Origin: an uncultured delta proteobacterium | Lineage (GTDB): Bacteria > Myxococcota > Myxococcia > Myxococcales > Myxococcaceae | Assembly (NCBI GenBank): GCA_963713045.1 | Contig: CAVQKE010000003.1 | Coordinates: forward strand, 640,001 to 704,000 | Direction: 5' to 3' | DNA length: 64,000 nt | Shown: positions 17,910 to 26,768 of the stretch, piece after piece | How positions within the stretch are numbered: position 1 is the first letter of the stretch | How the letters are laid out: the number at the start of each line of letters is the position of its first letter | Translations under genes and position numbers: made by a program | The notes under the pieces: generated by a model | Told to the model about the DNA's origin: nothing | Database searches by the model: none | Seen by the model: only the letters and a program-made list of their open reading frames with translations

Positions 17910-19931
17910 TCAGTACGTCCGCACCTTACCGATGCGCGGCGGCTTCACCGGGGCCGCCACGCCGTAGATGACGGTGAAGCCCGACCCGCCCCCCCAAGTG
18001 GAGATGGGACGGGACGGATTCTCGCCGGCGGCCCCTTCAAGACTGTTCCAGTTGTTCGCCGCCCAGACGTTGCCAGCCGGGTCAATGGACACGTCGGTAA
18101 TCATCTGGATGCTGCCGCTCTGAAAGACATGGAGGACATCGCCAGTCTTGGTGCTGGGGGGATGCCCCTTCGTGGCGTCTCCAGCGAGCAACGTAACGGA
18201 ACGGCCCCACATGTTCCCGACCCAAACGTCGTCGTTCCCGTCCACATTCAGGCCCCAGGGGATGTTGATGGCCTCGCCGGTGAAGCCCATCGGCGCCGGC
18301 TGTGTGCCATCTGGGCGAATCATGTTGACTGCACCCGTGGGCCGCGCCGGTGGCCCCATGACGTACTTGAACATGGCCGCCGTAATTAGCTTGAACTGCT
18401 CCATGATGGAGATGCCATCGGGAAGCTTCGGCTGTGGGGTCTTCAGGTCCATGTTGCTTGCCACCCAGACATTTTCTTTCGAGTCCAGGGCGAGAGCGCG
18501 GACACCAATCCCCGCCCGGAAGCTCTCTACCTTTGTGGGGTCGGTTGCTGGAAACCGGACGACCGTGTCCGACGACGAATTGGCGACCCAGACACGATTC
18601 TGAGAGTCGATGACGATGTCGAAGGGGGACTTCAGCCCCGCGACCTTGACGATGCGACCGTCCTTGATTCGTCCGCCGGGGAAGTACAGCAACTGATTGT
18701 CCGAGCCATCGGCAATCCAAACGTCGCCGTTCAACGAGACACCAATCCCCATCAGGCCGAGGAACTTCTCCTTGAACGGGAAGTCGCTTTCCGTGCCGAC
18801 CGGCTTGCCGTTGAAGTCCATGACGAGAATCTTCCCGTTGAAGCTGGTAATCCAGATTCGGTCCTTCGTCACTGCGGTGCCCCAGCCGACGCCATCAATG
18901 CCCATGCCAGTGAAACCGGTAATGGGCGGAGAGAGTGCAGCTCCATTGGGGGCAAACTTTCCGACACCGCCACCGATGCTCTTGTTGACGCCGGACTGCG
19001 AGCCGGGCATCCAGTTCATGCCGCTCCAAAGGTTGCCCTCCGCATCAAACATGAACCGTCCGTTGGCGTAGTCGCCGCCACCGGAGAAACAGAGCGAGAG
19101 CGCGAAGTCGTCGGGAACGTAGGCGAGATAGGGGACGAAGGGAGCAGCCCGCCGCGAGCCATCCTTCGGCTGCGGGTATGCCTCATCAAACAGGGCGTAG
19201 AGTGTCTTCGGGTCCGCCCACGAGGCGCGGGCAATGGCCGCCACCGCCTCGATGGTGTCCTTCGGCGTCGTTCCGCCAAGGGGAGTTGCTGCCTTCAAGA
19301 AACGGGCGCGCCAACCGTCGTCGGCCACGGTGTCGAAGGCGGTGATGAGCGAGCCGAGCGTGTCCAGAGTCGCAAGCGTCGTCGTCACGGAACTGTTGAG
19401 AGGGTCTAGGAGGACCTTGCCCCATCCGCCAGTGGCTGGGTCCACCAGGTTCGGAACGTTCCCGGCGGCGATGTGAAGCCCGAGGACATTGCCGGACAAC
19501 GCTCCACCCTTGATGAATTGAGCGGCGGTGAATGCCGATGCCACCGTGGTTAGTTCGTTCACCGTGACGGTCTTCGGCAAGGGCGTTCCGAGCAGGAGCA
19601 TCAGCGCGATGGCGGGATTGTCGCCACTCGCTTTGCTTGCGTTGGGCTGTCCGCCCTTAACGACGAGCACCAGGACACTGTCCTTGCCCGGAGCACGTAT
19701 GGCCCGAAATTCAAAACGTCCGTCCGCGCCCGTCTTCGTTTGCGCGACTTGCTTAGGTTCGCCTGGGCTCGCCGTCCAGAGTGTGACCGTTGACTTGGCC
19801 ACCGCTGCACCTCCGACGAGGACCTGACCCTTCATTGATTCGGCTGCAACAGCCTGTCCGGTGACCGAGAGGGTTGCCGCAAACAGCAGCGACCCCAGAA
19901 AGCTGAGTATGTTCCGAGTGATTCCAACCAT
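17910..19931 (-). CDS. secreted protein with NHL/Vgb-like beta-propeller repeats
   Basis: Signal peptide; repeated D..GNLW, GDVWIAD, NRVWVAN and GNVWAAN blades. Confidence 0.8.
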   Translation of the reverse strand: MVGITRNILSFLGSLLFAATLSVTGQAVAAESMKGQVLVGGAAVAKSTVTLWTASPGEPKQVAQTKTGADGRFEFRAIRAPGKDSVLVLVVKGGQPNASKASGDNPAIALMLLLGTPLPKTVTVNELTTVASAFTAAQFIKGGALSGNVLGLHIAAGNVPNLVDPATGGWGKVLLDPLNSSVTTTLATLDTLGSLITAFDTVADDGWRARFLKAATPLGGTTPKDTIEAVAAIARASWADPKTLYALFDEAYPQPKDGSRRAAPFVPYLAYVPDDFALSLCFSGGGDYANGRFMFDAEGNLWSGMNWMPGSQSGVNKSIGGGVGKFAPNGAALSPPITGFTGMGIDGVGWGTAVTKDRIWITSFNGKILVMDFNGKPVGTESDFPFKEKFLGLMGIGVSLNGDVWIADGSDNQLLYFPGGRIKDGRIVKVAGLKSPFDIVIDSQNRVWVANSSSDTVVRFPATDPTKVESFRAGIGVRALALDSKENVWVASNMDLKTPQPKLPDGISIMEQFKLITAAMFKYVMGPPARPTGAVNMIRPDGTQPAPMGFTGEAINIPWGLNVDGNDDVWVGNMWGRSVTLLAGDATKGHPPSTKTGDVLHVFQSGSIQMITDVSIDPAGNVWAANNWNSLEGAAGENPSRPISTWGGGSGFTVIYGVAAPVKPPRIGKVRTY

Positions 19932-20004
19932 GTGTGAGTCCCTCGCAGCCACGGTGACTACCCCAAATCTCGGCGTCGCCAGAGCGAAAAACTGTACCGG
20001 CGAT

Positions 20005-20385
20005 TGAAGGCCGCCGCTGCCAGGCTGGGTAGCCAGTCGAGACCCGAGAAGACGCCGTTCTCAACCGTCCCAGCCTTCACCTTGCCCGGCCAGCGGATGA
20101 TGGCTGGCCACGGAACCCGCCCTCGAAAAGGGTGCCCTTGGTGGCGCGGAATGGTGTCATACCTCCGTCCGGCCAGGTGAATACCTCGGAGCCGTTGTCG
20201 GTGGTGAAGATGACGAGGGTGTTGTCGGCCTCGCCGATTTCGTCCAGGTGCCTGAGCAATGCGCCGATGCTGTCATCCATCTGCGCCATGCCTGCTTCTT
20301 GCAAGCTGTCGTTGCTCGTTGCGTTCATCATCGACCGGTACTTCGGCGGGATGAAAGTGAAGACGTGCATGCGGGTGGTGTTGTG
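20005..20385 (-). pseudogene. internal fragment of an arylsulfatase
   Basis: HNTTRMHVFT...DNTLVIFTTDNG...EGGFR, then after a shift IIRWPGKVKAGTVENGVFSGLDWLPSL; both termini absent. Confidence 0.8.
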
Positions 20386-21754
20386 GCCTTGGGCTGCGTC
20401 GGAGTGCCTTCAACTCCTCCTCGAAGCCCACGAGAATCTGCTCGGGGTCGGGGATGAGGCCGACGTCTGCCTGAATGCCCACACAGACACGGCCGGCATA
20501 GCTGAGCAGGCTCACGCCGAGCCCGAGATGCCCGGCGCACGGGACCCAGAACATGGCCTGTCGGAGCCGCACTCCGAGGAGCGAGATGGCCTTCTGCGGT
20601 CCGATGACGTTGGTCACCACGGCGGTGGCCTTCGTCCCAAACACATCGACCAACAGATTGAAGAGCGGCCGCGGGAGCTGGCCCATCACCCAAAGGAGTC
20701 CCCAGATGGCGGCGGCGTCAGGTGACTTTTTGAGTGTCTCCATCCGCTGGTGTAACTCCATGAGGCGAGAGCGGCTCTCCTCGATTCCGAGCGGTAGCGA
20801 AAGGAAGACCAGTCCGAACCAGTTTCCAAGCTGACGTTCTTCGCCCGGTGGCCGGAGGTTGACCGGTACAGCTGCGCGGACTTCGAGTCCCTGGGGCACT
20901 GCACCTCGGGCGAGCAGATAGCGGCGCAGTGCGCCCGCCACTGCGCTCATCAGTACGTCGTTGACAGTGGTACCAGTGGCCTTTCCTGCAGCCTTGAAGG
21001 CGTCCAGGCGGAACGAACGTGACCAGACGAGTTTCTTTCTTCTTCTAAGCGGGCCCTTGAACGGCGTCGGCGGGTCGGGTGGCAAGAGCAGCAACCGGAC
21101 CAGCGACGCCACCTGGTGAGCAGCCTCGGCGCTGGTCTGGACCACACGCTTCGGGTTCCGGAGCCAGGCCAGGGCCTGTATTGCGAGTCCGGACAGCGAG
21201 CGCGCCGACTCGGGCACCTTTGCGAGCACGGCCGGAGCCGACCCCCAAGCGTCAGACGGCTCTGCGTCCTTGCGCTTGGTCGGAGCGGATTCCGCACTTC
21301 CATCTTCCATCGACAGCAGCACATGGACCAGCGCCAGACCGTCGCCAATGGAGTGGTGGAGCCGTGCGATGAGGGCGGAACCACCTTGGTAATGGGGAAT
21401 GAAGTGAAAGTGCCACGGCGGGTGGCCTCTCGGGAGCGACTGGGCAGCGAGGTCGCTGGCGAATGCCTGCAGCGCAGCTTCGTCAGCCCGCCCAGGAAGC
21501 CGTGCGCTGACCAGGTGGCGCTCCATCTTGAAATCGGGGTCCTCCTCCCAGAAGAGGGGACCCAGAGGGCCGAAAGGTTCGGTAATTCGCTGACGGAACC
21601 GCGCGAAGCGCAGGAGGCGTTGCTCTAGCAAGCCCCGGAGTTGCTTCAGCGAGATTGGTTCATCGAAGACGAGCACCCCCATCACCACCATGCGGTTTGC
21701 CGGCTCCTCCATGCGGTGCCAGGTCGCGTCGACGTTGCCGAGAAGCGTTCGCAT
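20273..21754 (-). CDS. wax ester synthase/diacylglycerol acyltransferase (WS/DGAT)
   Basis: HHSIGDG catalytic motif; TVNDV; PVNLR; TNVIGP; C-terminus reads into the sulfatase fragment. Confidence 0.9.
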   Translation of the reverse strand: MRTLLGNVDATWHRMEEPANRMVVMGVLVFDEPISLKQLRGLLEQRLLRFARFRQRITEPFGPLGPLFWEEDPDFKMERHLVSARLPGRADEAALQAFASDLAAQSLPRGHPPWHFHFIPHYQGGSALIARLHHSIGDGLALVHVLLSMEDGSAESAPTKRKDAEPSDAWGSAPAVLAKVPESARSLSGLAIQALAWLRNPKRVVQTSAEAAHQVASLVRLLLLPPDPPTPFKGPLRRRKKLVWSRSFRLDAFKAAGKATGTTVNDVLMSAVAGALRRYLLARGAVPQGLEVRAAVPVNLRPPGEERQLGNWFGLVFLSLPLGIEESRSRLMELHQRMETLKKSPDAAAIWGLLWVMGQLPRPLFNLLVDVFGTKATAVVTNVIGPQKAISLLGVRLRQAMFWVPCAGHLGLGVSLLSYAGRVCVGIQADVGLIPDPEQILVGFEEELKALRRSPRPQHHPHARLHFHPAEVPVDDERNEQRQLARSRHGADG

Positions 21755-21759
21755 GAATG

Positions 21760-22191
21760 TCAAACCAGCAGGTGGTCGTGGCCGCTTTTTTTCAGCCACT
21801 CTCTGTAAACGGGATGGATGGGGTTGGTCACCGGCGCTAGTCGGAGCAGGGTGCCCAGTGGCCCAGAAGCCTTCACCCGCCCGAGCGCCACTGCAATCGC
21901 CACGTTCTCCTTCCCTTGGAAGTAGCGGTTGGCAGTGTTGCTTGACATTTGGAGCGTGATGACCGGCTTCCAGTCCACCGGTCCCCACACCCAGGTGAGG
22001 AAGCGGCCGTGCTGCTCCGCGGTGTCGTCCGCAGCCGTGACGTTCAGCTCCAGCCCGTAGTCGGTGATGAGGAAACGGTGGGGCGCATGCGCGTCGCGCA
22101 GCGGAAGTCCGACCTCGGGATGCTCATTCATCAGAGCAAAAATGTGTTCAAAGACAGTCTTGAACTCGCGCTTATCTCTGAAGCCCTTCAT
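21760..22191 (-). CDS. SCP2 sterol/lipid-binding domain-like protein
   Basis: ANRYFQGKENVAIAVALGRVKASGP pattern; immediately upstream of WS/DGAT. Confidence 0.7.
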   Translation of the reverse strand: MKGFRDKREFKTVFEHIFALMNEHPEVGLPLRDAHAPHRFLITDYGLELNVTAADDTAEQHGRFLTWVWGPVDWKPVITLQMSSNTANRYFQGKENVAIAVALGRVKASGPLGTLLRLAPVTNPIHPVYREWLKKSGHDHLLV

Positions 22192-22194
22192 AGG

Positions 22195-22620
22195 AGCCCC
22201 CAGGACGGTGCCCCCGGTCCGGCACCACCTTCGAGGCTCGGACCGCGGCTTGTTATTTGCTGGGCGTCTTTTCGGTGCGCTTGGGCGACGTCTCGCGCGT
22301 CAATTGCTCGACCCTGGAAGCCAACTCCTGAGCGCTCTCTGCCAACTTCTCTGCCGTCTCCTGGACGGTGTGTCCGGCCTTGGCTGCGACTTCGTGGAGC
22401 TTGTCGCTTGCCTTGACGTTGAGCTCCTTGGCCTTCTCCGCCACCTCATCAATCTTCTTGTTGATGTTCTTAGTCTTCATAATGGCTTTCCCTTTCGCGC
22501 CCATTGGGTGTGCAATGTCCGGGCCTCAGCGAAGAGTCGAAGCAGTTCAGCCAGTTGCGAGCGTGGCGGGTGCAATAGATGCGGCTCGCGCTCTCCGGGC
22601 CGCAGAGGCGGCCGGAATCG
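22195..22620. repeat. copy 2 of the ~430-bp duplication, ending in tmRNA remnant R8 (22605-22620)
   Basis: Matches 12575-13008; ends gaggcggccggaatcg. Confidence 0.9.
22253..22480 (-). CDS. small helical hydrophilic protein (copy 2)
   Basis: MKTKNINKKIDEVAEKAKEL...; paralog of 12635-12862. Confidence 0.7.
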   Translation of the reverse strand: MKTKNINKKIDEVAEKAKELNVKASDKLHEVAAKAGHTVQETAEKLAESAQELASRVEQLTRETSPKRTEKTPSK

Positions 22621-22673
22621 GTGGGAGCCTTTTGATTGTCTCGGATTCCGCGGTAATTCGGGGACGCCCACAG

Positions 22674-23321
22674 TCAGCGGCTCCTGCGCAGCACGATGTG
22701 CGTCGCGCGCTCGCCTGGGGCTTGCTCGGTGCACTCATAGCCCAAAACACGAAGGTCGAGTCCGTGCATCAGGTGCTCTCCTGAACCGAGTAGAATGGCA
22801 CGCAGGGCCAAGTGAAGCTCGTCGACAAGCCCCGCCTGAAGATACTGCCGGAGGGTCGCTACTCCGCCTCCCAGACGCACGTCGAGACCGCCCGCTGCCT
22901 CTTTGGATTGTTCCAGGGCGGAGCGGATGCCCTCGGTCACGAAGCGAAACTCGGTCCCACCCTTCATCTTGAGAGGCGCGCGTGCATGATGTGTCAGCAC
23001 GAACACAGGCGTATGGTAGGGCGGCTCCTCACCCCACCACCCTTTCCAGCTCTCGTCGCGCCAGGGTCCCCGCACCGGCCCGAACATGTTCCGCCCCAGA
23101 ATCCAGGCGCCAAAGCCGCTGAACCCTTTCTCGGCCCAGGAATTGTCGACGCCCGTCTCTCCGCCCTCCTGCCCGTGCATCTGCCGCCAGACCCGTGTCT
23201 GAAAAAACCACTCCATCAGCTCCAGCCCGCGAATTCCGAGCGGATTCTGGAGGTCCTGGCTCGGACCAGCGCCGTATCCATCAAGGGAAATCGCAAAGCA
23301 TCGGACGCGGAGTTTGGACAT
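22674..23321 (-). CDS. dihydrofolate reductase/RibD C-terminal family protein
   Basis: ISLDGYGAGP, ILGRNMF, PVFVLTHH, GGG and LVDELHL motifs; AAGGAG RBS. Confidence 0.9.
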   Translation of the reverse strand: MSKLRVRCFAISLDGYGAGPSQDLQNPLGIRGLELMEWFFQTRVWRQMHGQEGGETGVDNSWAEKGFSGFGAWILGRNMFGPVRGPWRDESWKGWWGEEPPYHTPVFVLTHHARAPLKMKGGTEFRFVTEGIRSALEQSKEAAGGLDVRLGGGVATLRQYLQAGLVDELHLALRAILLGSGEHLMHGLDLRVLGYECTEQAPGERATHIVLRRSR

Positions 23322-23364
23322 GGTCGGTTCTCTCCTTTACACCCATCAAGGCCAATGCTCCGGG

Positions 23365-23419
23365 CTGCGCGCCCAGCCAAACGACTCCCTTACAGTTCCG
23401 CGCAAGTCCGCGACGTTCC
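23365..23419 (-). repeat. ssrA-att repeat R9 (arm only)
   Basis: ctgcgcgcccagccaaacgactcccttacagttccgcgcaagtccgcgacgttcc resembles 23888-23942; core 16/16. Confidence 0.88.
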
Positions 23420-23522
23420 ACCTTGGCCCCCCTAAGAACGGGCAGCCGAGCCGGCCGTTGCTTCTAAGAGCCTTGCAAGCGTTCAGAGCCAGGTGCGACA
23501 GGCCGACTTGCTGGACTCTCGG

Positions 23523-23870
23523 ATGACCGATTTGCAGCGCTGGTTGAAGCGGACCCACCAGACGTGGAAGCGACTGTCTTCCAGTTGCTTGTTGGGCTCC
23601 GGGAGTGTCTTGTCCTACTTCACGTCTCTTGTGCCAGAGCGGGGGTGCTTACGTCGGATGGACACTCTGGGCGACAGCGGAAGGCTTGCTGTCCTTTATC
23701 TGGCTAGCTCTGAGCATTCGATGCCCTGAGTGCGGTGGCCAAGTGGCCTGGTTCGTCCTGCGAACAGCGCCAGCGAACCAATGGTGGGCGAAACTAGCAA
23801 CCCCTTATGTGAGGCCCCTCGCCTCAACACGTTGTTTGCCGCCTACCGACGAGACATCTAGGTATCGCAG
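23523..23870 (+). pseudogene. frameshifted small membrane protein with CxxC zinc knuckle
   Basis: MTDLQRWLKRTHQTWK in one frame and LLSFIWLALSIRCPECGG in another; may be a sequencing error. Confidence 0.4.
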
Positions 23871-23871
23871 T

Positions 23872-23963
23872 CGCCAGCATCTCCCACCTGCGCGCCCGTT
23901 CAAACGGCACCCTTGCAGTTCCGCGCGAGTCCGCGACGTTTCGAGATCCGACTGACTTCACTG
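23872..23963 (-). repeat. ssrA-att repeat R10: current 3' flank of tmRNA
   Basis: Same arm (core 15/16 at 23925-23940) and actgacttcactg directly abutting the tmRNA 3' end. Confidence 0.92.
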
Positions 23964-24324
23964 TGGAGGCGGCGGGAATCGAACCCGCGTCCGGAAGCCT
24001 TCAACCCACCGACACTACGTGCGTAGTCCGTGTTTCAAGCGTCGGGCCGCGTCCGAACGCGGACAGCCTCGCGCGGCCCCAGCCCAGAAAATCTCGCCGA
24101 GCCTCCTCTGGGCGACGAGGCTCAGCCAGCCCGCATTCTGACGGTCCATCCCCGGCCCACGGGCCGAGACCGGGGGGACCGCGCACTAGGACTGTTTAAG
24201 CAGCCAGCGCGAGCTCAACGTTGTCGTTGGCTTTTGTGTTGTTGCCCTGGTGATTTACGAGTGACAGGCCCACTCGGCACGCGTCAGAGGGCGTCATTGC
24301 CCCCGTCGAAACCAGGGCGCCCCC
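23964..24324 (-). ncRNA. ssrA: tmRNA
   Basis: 5' GGGGGCG pairs with 3' CGCCTCC-A (G3:U70); T-arm GCGGG-TTCGATT-CCCGC; tag ORF at 24231-24196 reads ANDNVELALAA*. Confidence 0.97.
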
Positions 24325-24339
24325 GGGTTCAACCCGTAC

Positions 24340-24367
24340 ACCCTAACCTTTTTCGCTCGCGGGTCAA
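24340..24367 (-). promoter_or_regulatory. candidate sigma-70 promoter of ssrA
   Basis: TTGACC-N16-TAGGGT, 15 bp upstream of the mature 5' end. Confidence 0.45.
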
Positions 24368-24456
24368 CGGTCCATCAGGACCCCTGGGTCGGAGGCGGCT
24401 TCTTGGCGCGTACGCGCTTCCGCTGTAAGCCCTACTGCTTCACGGGAAAGGGACGC

Positions 24457-26172
24457 TTGACCCAGGTCGGCAAAGCCGCCGTGGTTGCAACCTTGGCCTT
24501 GCTCGCGGCGACCCCGGCGCGGGCGCAGACGAATATCGACTCGCGCGGCATTGAAATCGTTCCCAACCAGCCGAGTCCCTTCGCCCGGAGCGGCATCACC
24601 TTGGATGGCGCTCTGGCCGCCCCGGTGGGGACGCTCCGCGGAGCAGTTCTCGTCGACACCAACGCCCAGATTCTGTCGCTCAGCCTAGGGGACCAGAAGC
24701 TTGGCAACCTGGTCCCGTACCGAGTTGACGTCCACCTTATGTTCTCCTGGACACCACTCGCCTTCCTGGAGCTCGCGGCCGACCTGCCTTTCACGCTTGA
24801 CCAGGGAAGCAACTTCGCGGAGCTGGATGCCGCGGGCCTCGACGTGCCGGGCATCGCGGCCGCGGGCCTCAACGACTTCCGCATCCTGCCGCGCATTTTT
24901 CTGCTGGACGCCAACCGCGCGCCCTTTGGGGCAGCGCTGTCGCTCGAAACGCGTTTCCCGACGGGGAAGTCGCAGAGCTTCATGGGGGCCAACACAGTCG
25001 TGTTCGCACCCCGTTTGGCGCTGGAGCGCGACTTCGGCCCGGTGGGCATGCTTCTTAACGCGGGCCTGGTGCTTCAGGGCGCTGGACAATTCATCAACCT
25101 CTACGTCCAGGACCAGCTGATGCTGGGCGGTGGCCTCATCTTTCATTTCAACGACGTGGGGCCCTTCCACCAGCTTCAGGCCATGGCAGAAACGGTGACC
25201 TACACGCCGCTGCAGACGCCCTTCACCTCCAACACGTCGACGCCAACCCCGTGGGAAGTGCTGGTCGGCGTGCGGAGCCGGATTGGGAAGATTTTCGGGG
25301 CTGAACTCGACTTGGGCCGCGGCATCACCAGTAGCCCCGGCTACGGGCGGGAGGCTTTCCGGCTGATTGCTGCCTTTCGCATTGACGTCGAGCCGCAGCC
25401 CAAGCCAACCGTCGCTCCGCCGCCCGCGGACCGAGACCACGATGGAATCCCGGATGAGTTGGACAAATGCCCAGACGAGCCTGGGCCCAAGGAGAACGAC
25501 GGCTGCCCCGACGTCGACACCGATGGGGACGGCATCCCGGACCGTCTCGACGCCTGCCCGCGGGAGCCGGGCTCCCGGGAAATGGACGGCTGCCCGGACC
25601 GCGACGGCGACCAGATTCCGGACCGTGAGGACAAGTGCCCGGATGAGCCCGGGCCCGCGGAGAATGACGGCTGCCCGGTGGTGGGCGAGCCGCTGGTGCA
25701 GCTCGAGACGAAGCGGATTCGCATCCGCGGCAGCGTCCTGTTTGACACCGGCATGGCCACCATTCTTCCGCAGTCCTACCCGCTGCTGGACGAGGTGGTG
25801 CAGGTGCTGCGGGACAACCCCACCATCGGACCGGTGCGGATTGAAGGCAACACCGACAGCCGGGGGGGACGGGAGTACAACTTGGACCTCTCCGAGCGCC
25901 GAGCCCGGGCCGTCCTCGACTACCTAGTCAAGCATGGCATCAAGCGCAGCCGCCTGCGCACCGTCGGCTACGGTTTTGACCACCCGGTGGCCACCAATGA
26001 AACGGCCCTGGGCCGCGCCAAGAATCGCCGCGTGGAGTTCCGGCTGTTGGGGGCGGACGGCGAGGAGCTGAAGGACCTCCCGGTGCCTGCCGCGGGCAAG
26101 ACGGCTGGGCCCGCGCCAGCGAAGCCCAGCGAGCCGGTGCCCCTTCCAGGTCCGCCGACGAAGACGCCCTGA
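24457..26172 (+). CDS. OmpA-family protein: beta-barrel, thrombospondin type 3 repeats and OmpA_C (TraB-like architecture)
   Basis: Signal peptide; DxDxDGIPDxxDKCP repeats; EGNTD...LSERRA...NRRVEF; start uncertain. Confidence 0.88.
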   Translation: MTQVGKAAVVATLALLAATPARAQTNIDSRGIEIVPNQPSPFARSGITLDGALAAPVGTLRGAVLVDTNAQILSLSLGDQKLGNLVPYRVDVHLMFSWTPLAFLELAADLPFTLDQGSNFAELDAAGLDVPGIAAAGLNDFRILPRIFLLDANRAPFGAALSLETRFPTGKSQSFMGANTVVFAPRLALERDFGPVGMLLNAGLVLQGAGQFINLYVQDQLMLGGGLIFHFNDVGPFHQLQAMAETVTYTPLQTPFTSNTSTPTPWEVLVGVRSRIGKIFGAELDLGRGITSSPGYGREAFRLIAAFRIDVEPQPKPTVAPPPADRDHDGIPDELDKCPDEPGPKENDGCPDVDTDGDGIPDRLDACPREPGSREMDGCPDRDGDQIPDREDKCPDEPGPAENDGCPVVGEPLVQLETKRIRIRGSVLFDTGMATILPQSYPLLDEVVQVLRDNPTIGPVRIEGNTDSRGGREYNLDLSERRARAVLDYLVKHGIKRSRLRTVGYGFDHPVATNETALGRAKNRRVEFRLLGADGEELKDLPVPAAGKTAGPAPAKPSEPVPLPGPPTKTP

Positions 26173-26180
26173 GGCCCCTT

Positions 26181-26768
26181 TCAGGAGTCGTGCAGCGCCC
26201 GCTCGATGCGCGAGCGCCATTCGCGCTCGGAGGCCGAGCCAATGTACGTCGCGCTGACTTTGCCGCTGCGGTCGATGACGACCATGGTCGGCAAAGCCTG
26301 GACGCCGAAGGCATTGGCGGACGCGTCAGTGCCAAATGCGGCGTAAGGGGCCAGCCCGGGCACCTGTTGGTCGATGAAGACGCCCACTTCCACCCGGGCG
26401 CGCTCCGGGTCGTCGAGGCTGGGCGCGACGAAGGCCAGGCCGCGGGCCTCGTACTCCTTGGCCAGCTTCACCAGCATCGGCATCTCCTCGACGCACGGTC
26501 CACAGAAGGTGCCCCAGAAGTCCACCAGCACCACCTTGCCGCGCAGCGAGGCGAGGGCAACGTTGCCACCTCCAAAGCGCTGGAAGCCAACGGCGGGAGC
26601 TTCTCGCCCGGCGGTATGGGGGCGCAGCCTTCGTGCCTCACCAAGGCCGGCCCACAACGCCCCGAGGATGCCCAAGCCGACCAGCAGAACGACGAGGAGC
26701 CGGCCCAAGTTGCCGGGTGCAGGGGTCGAGTTGTCTGGGGAGGGAGCGTCCATTCTGGGGGCGCTCAC
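26181..26768 (-). CDS. TlpA/ResA family thiol:disulfide reductase
   Basis: TM segment followed by GKVVLVDFWGTFCGPCVEEMP. Confidence 0.9.
   Translation of the reverse strand: MSAPRMDAPSPDNSTPAPGNLGRLLVVLLVGLGILGALWAGLGEARRLRPHTAGREAPAVGFQRFGGGNVALASLRGKVVLVDFWGTFCGPCVEEMPMLVKLAKEYEARGLAFVAPSLDDPERARVEVGVFIDQQVPGLAPYAAFGTDASANAFGVQALPTMVVIDRSGKVSATYIGSASEREWRSRIERALHDS

Noticed and set aside
7291..23963. CRISPR array or classical integron attC sites as the explanation of the repeats
   Set aside because: Spacing is 0.5-5 kb and no cas or intI gene is present. The copies lack the paired RYYYAAC/GTTRRRY ends and the long attC hairpin, cargo genes face both ways, and the repeat instead matches the ssrA 3' end and flank.
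1..23963. Prophage or ICE integrated at ssrA
   Set aside because: No integrase, structural, replication or conjugation genes are recognisable in the window.
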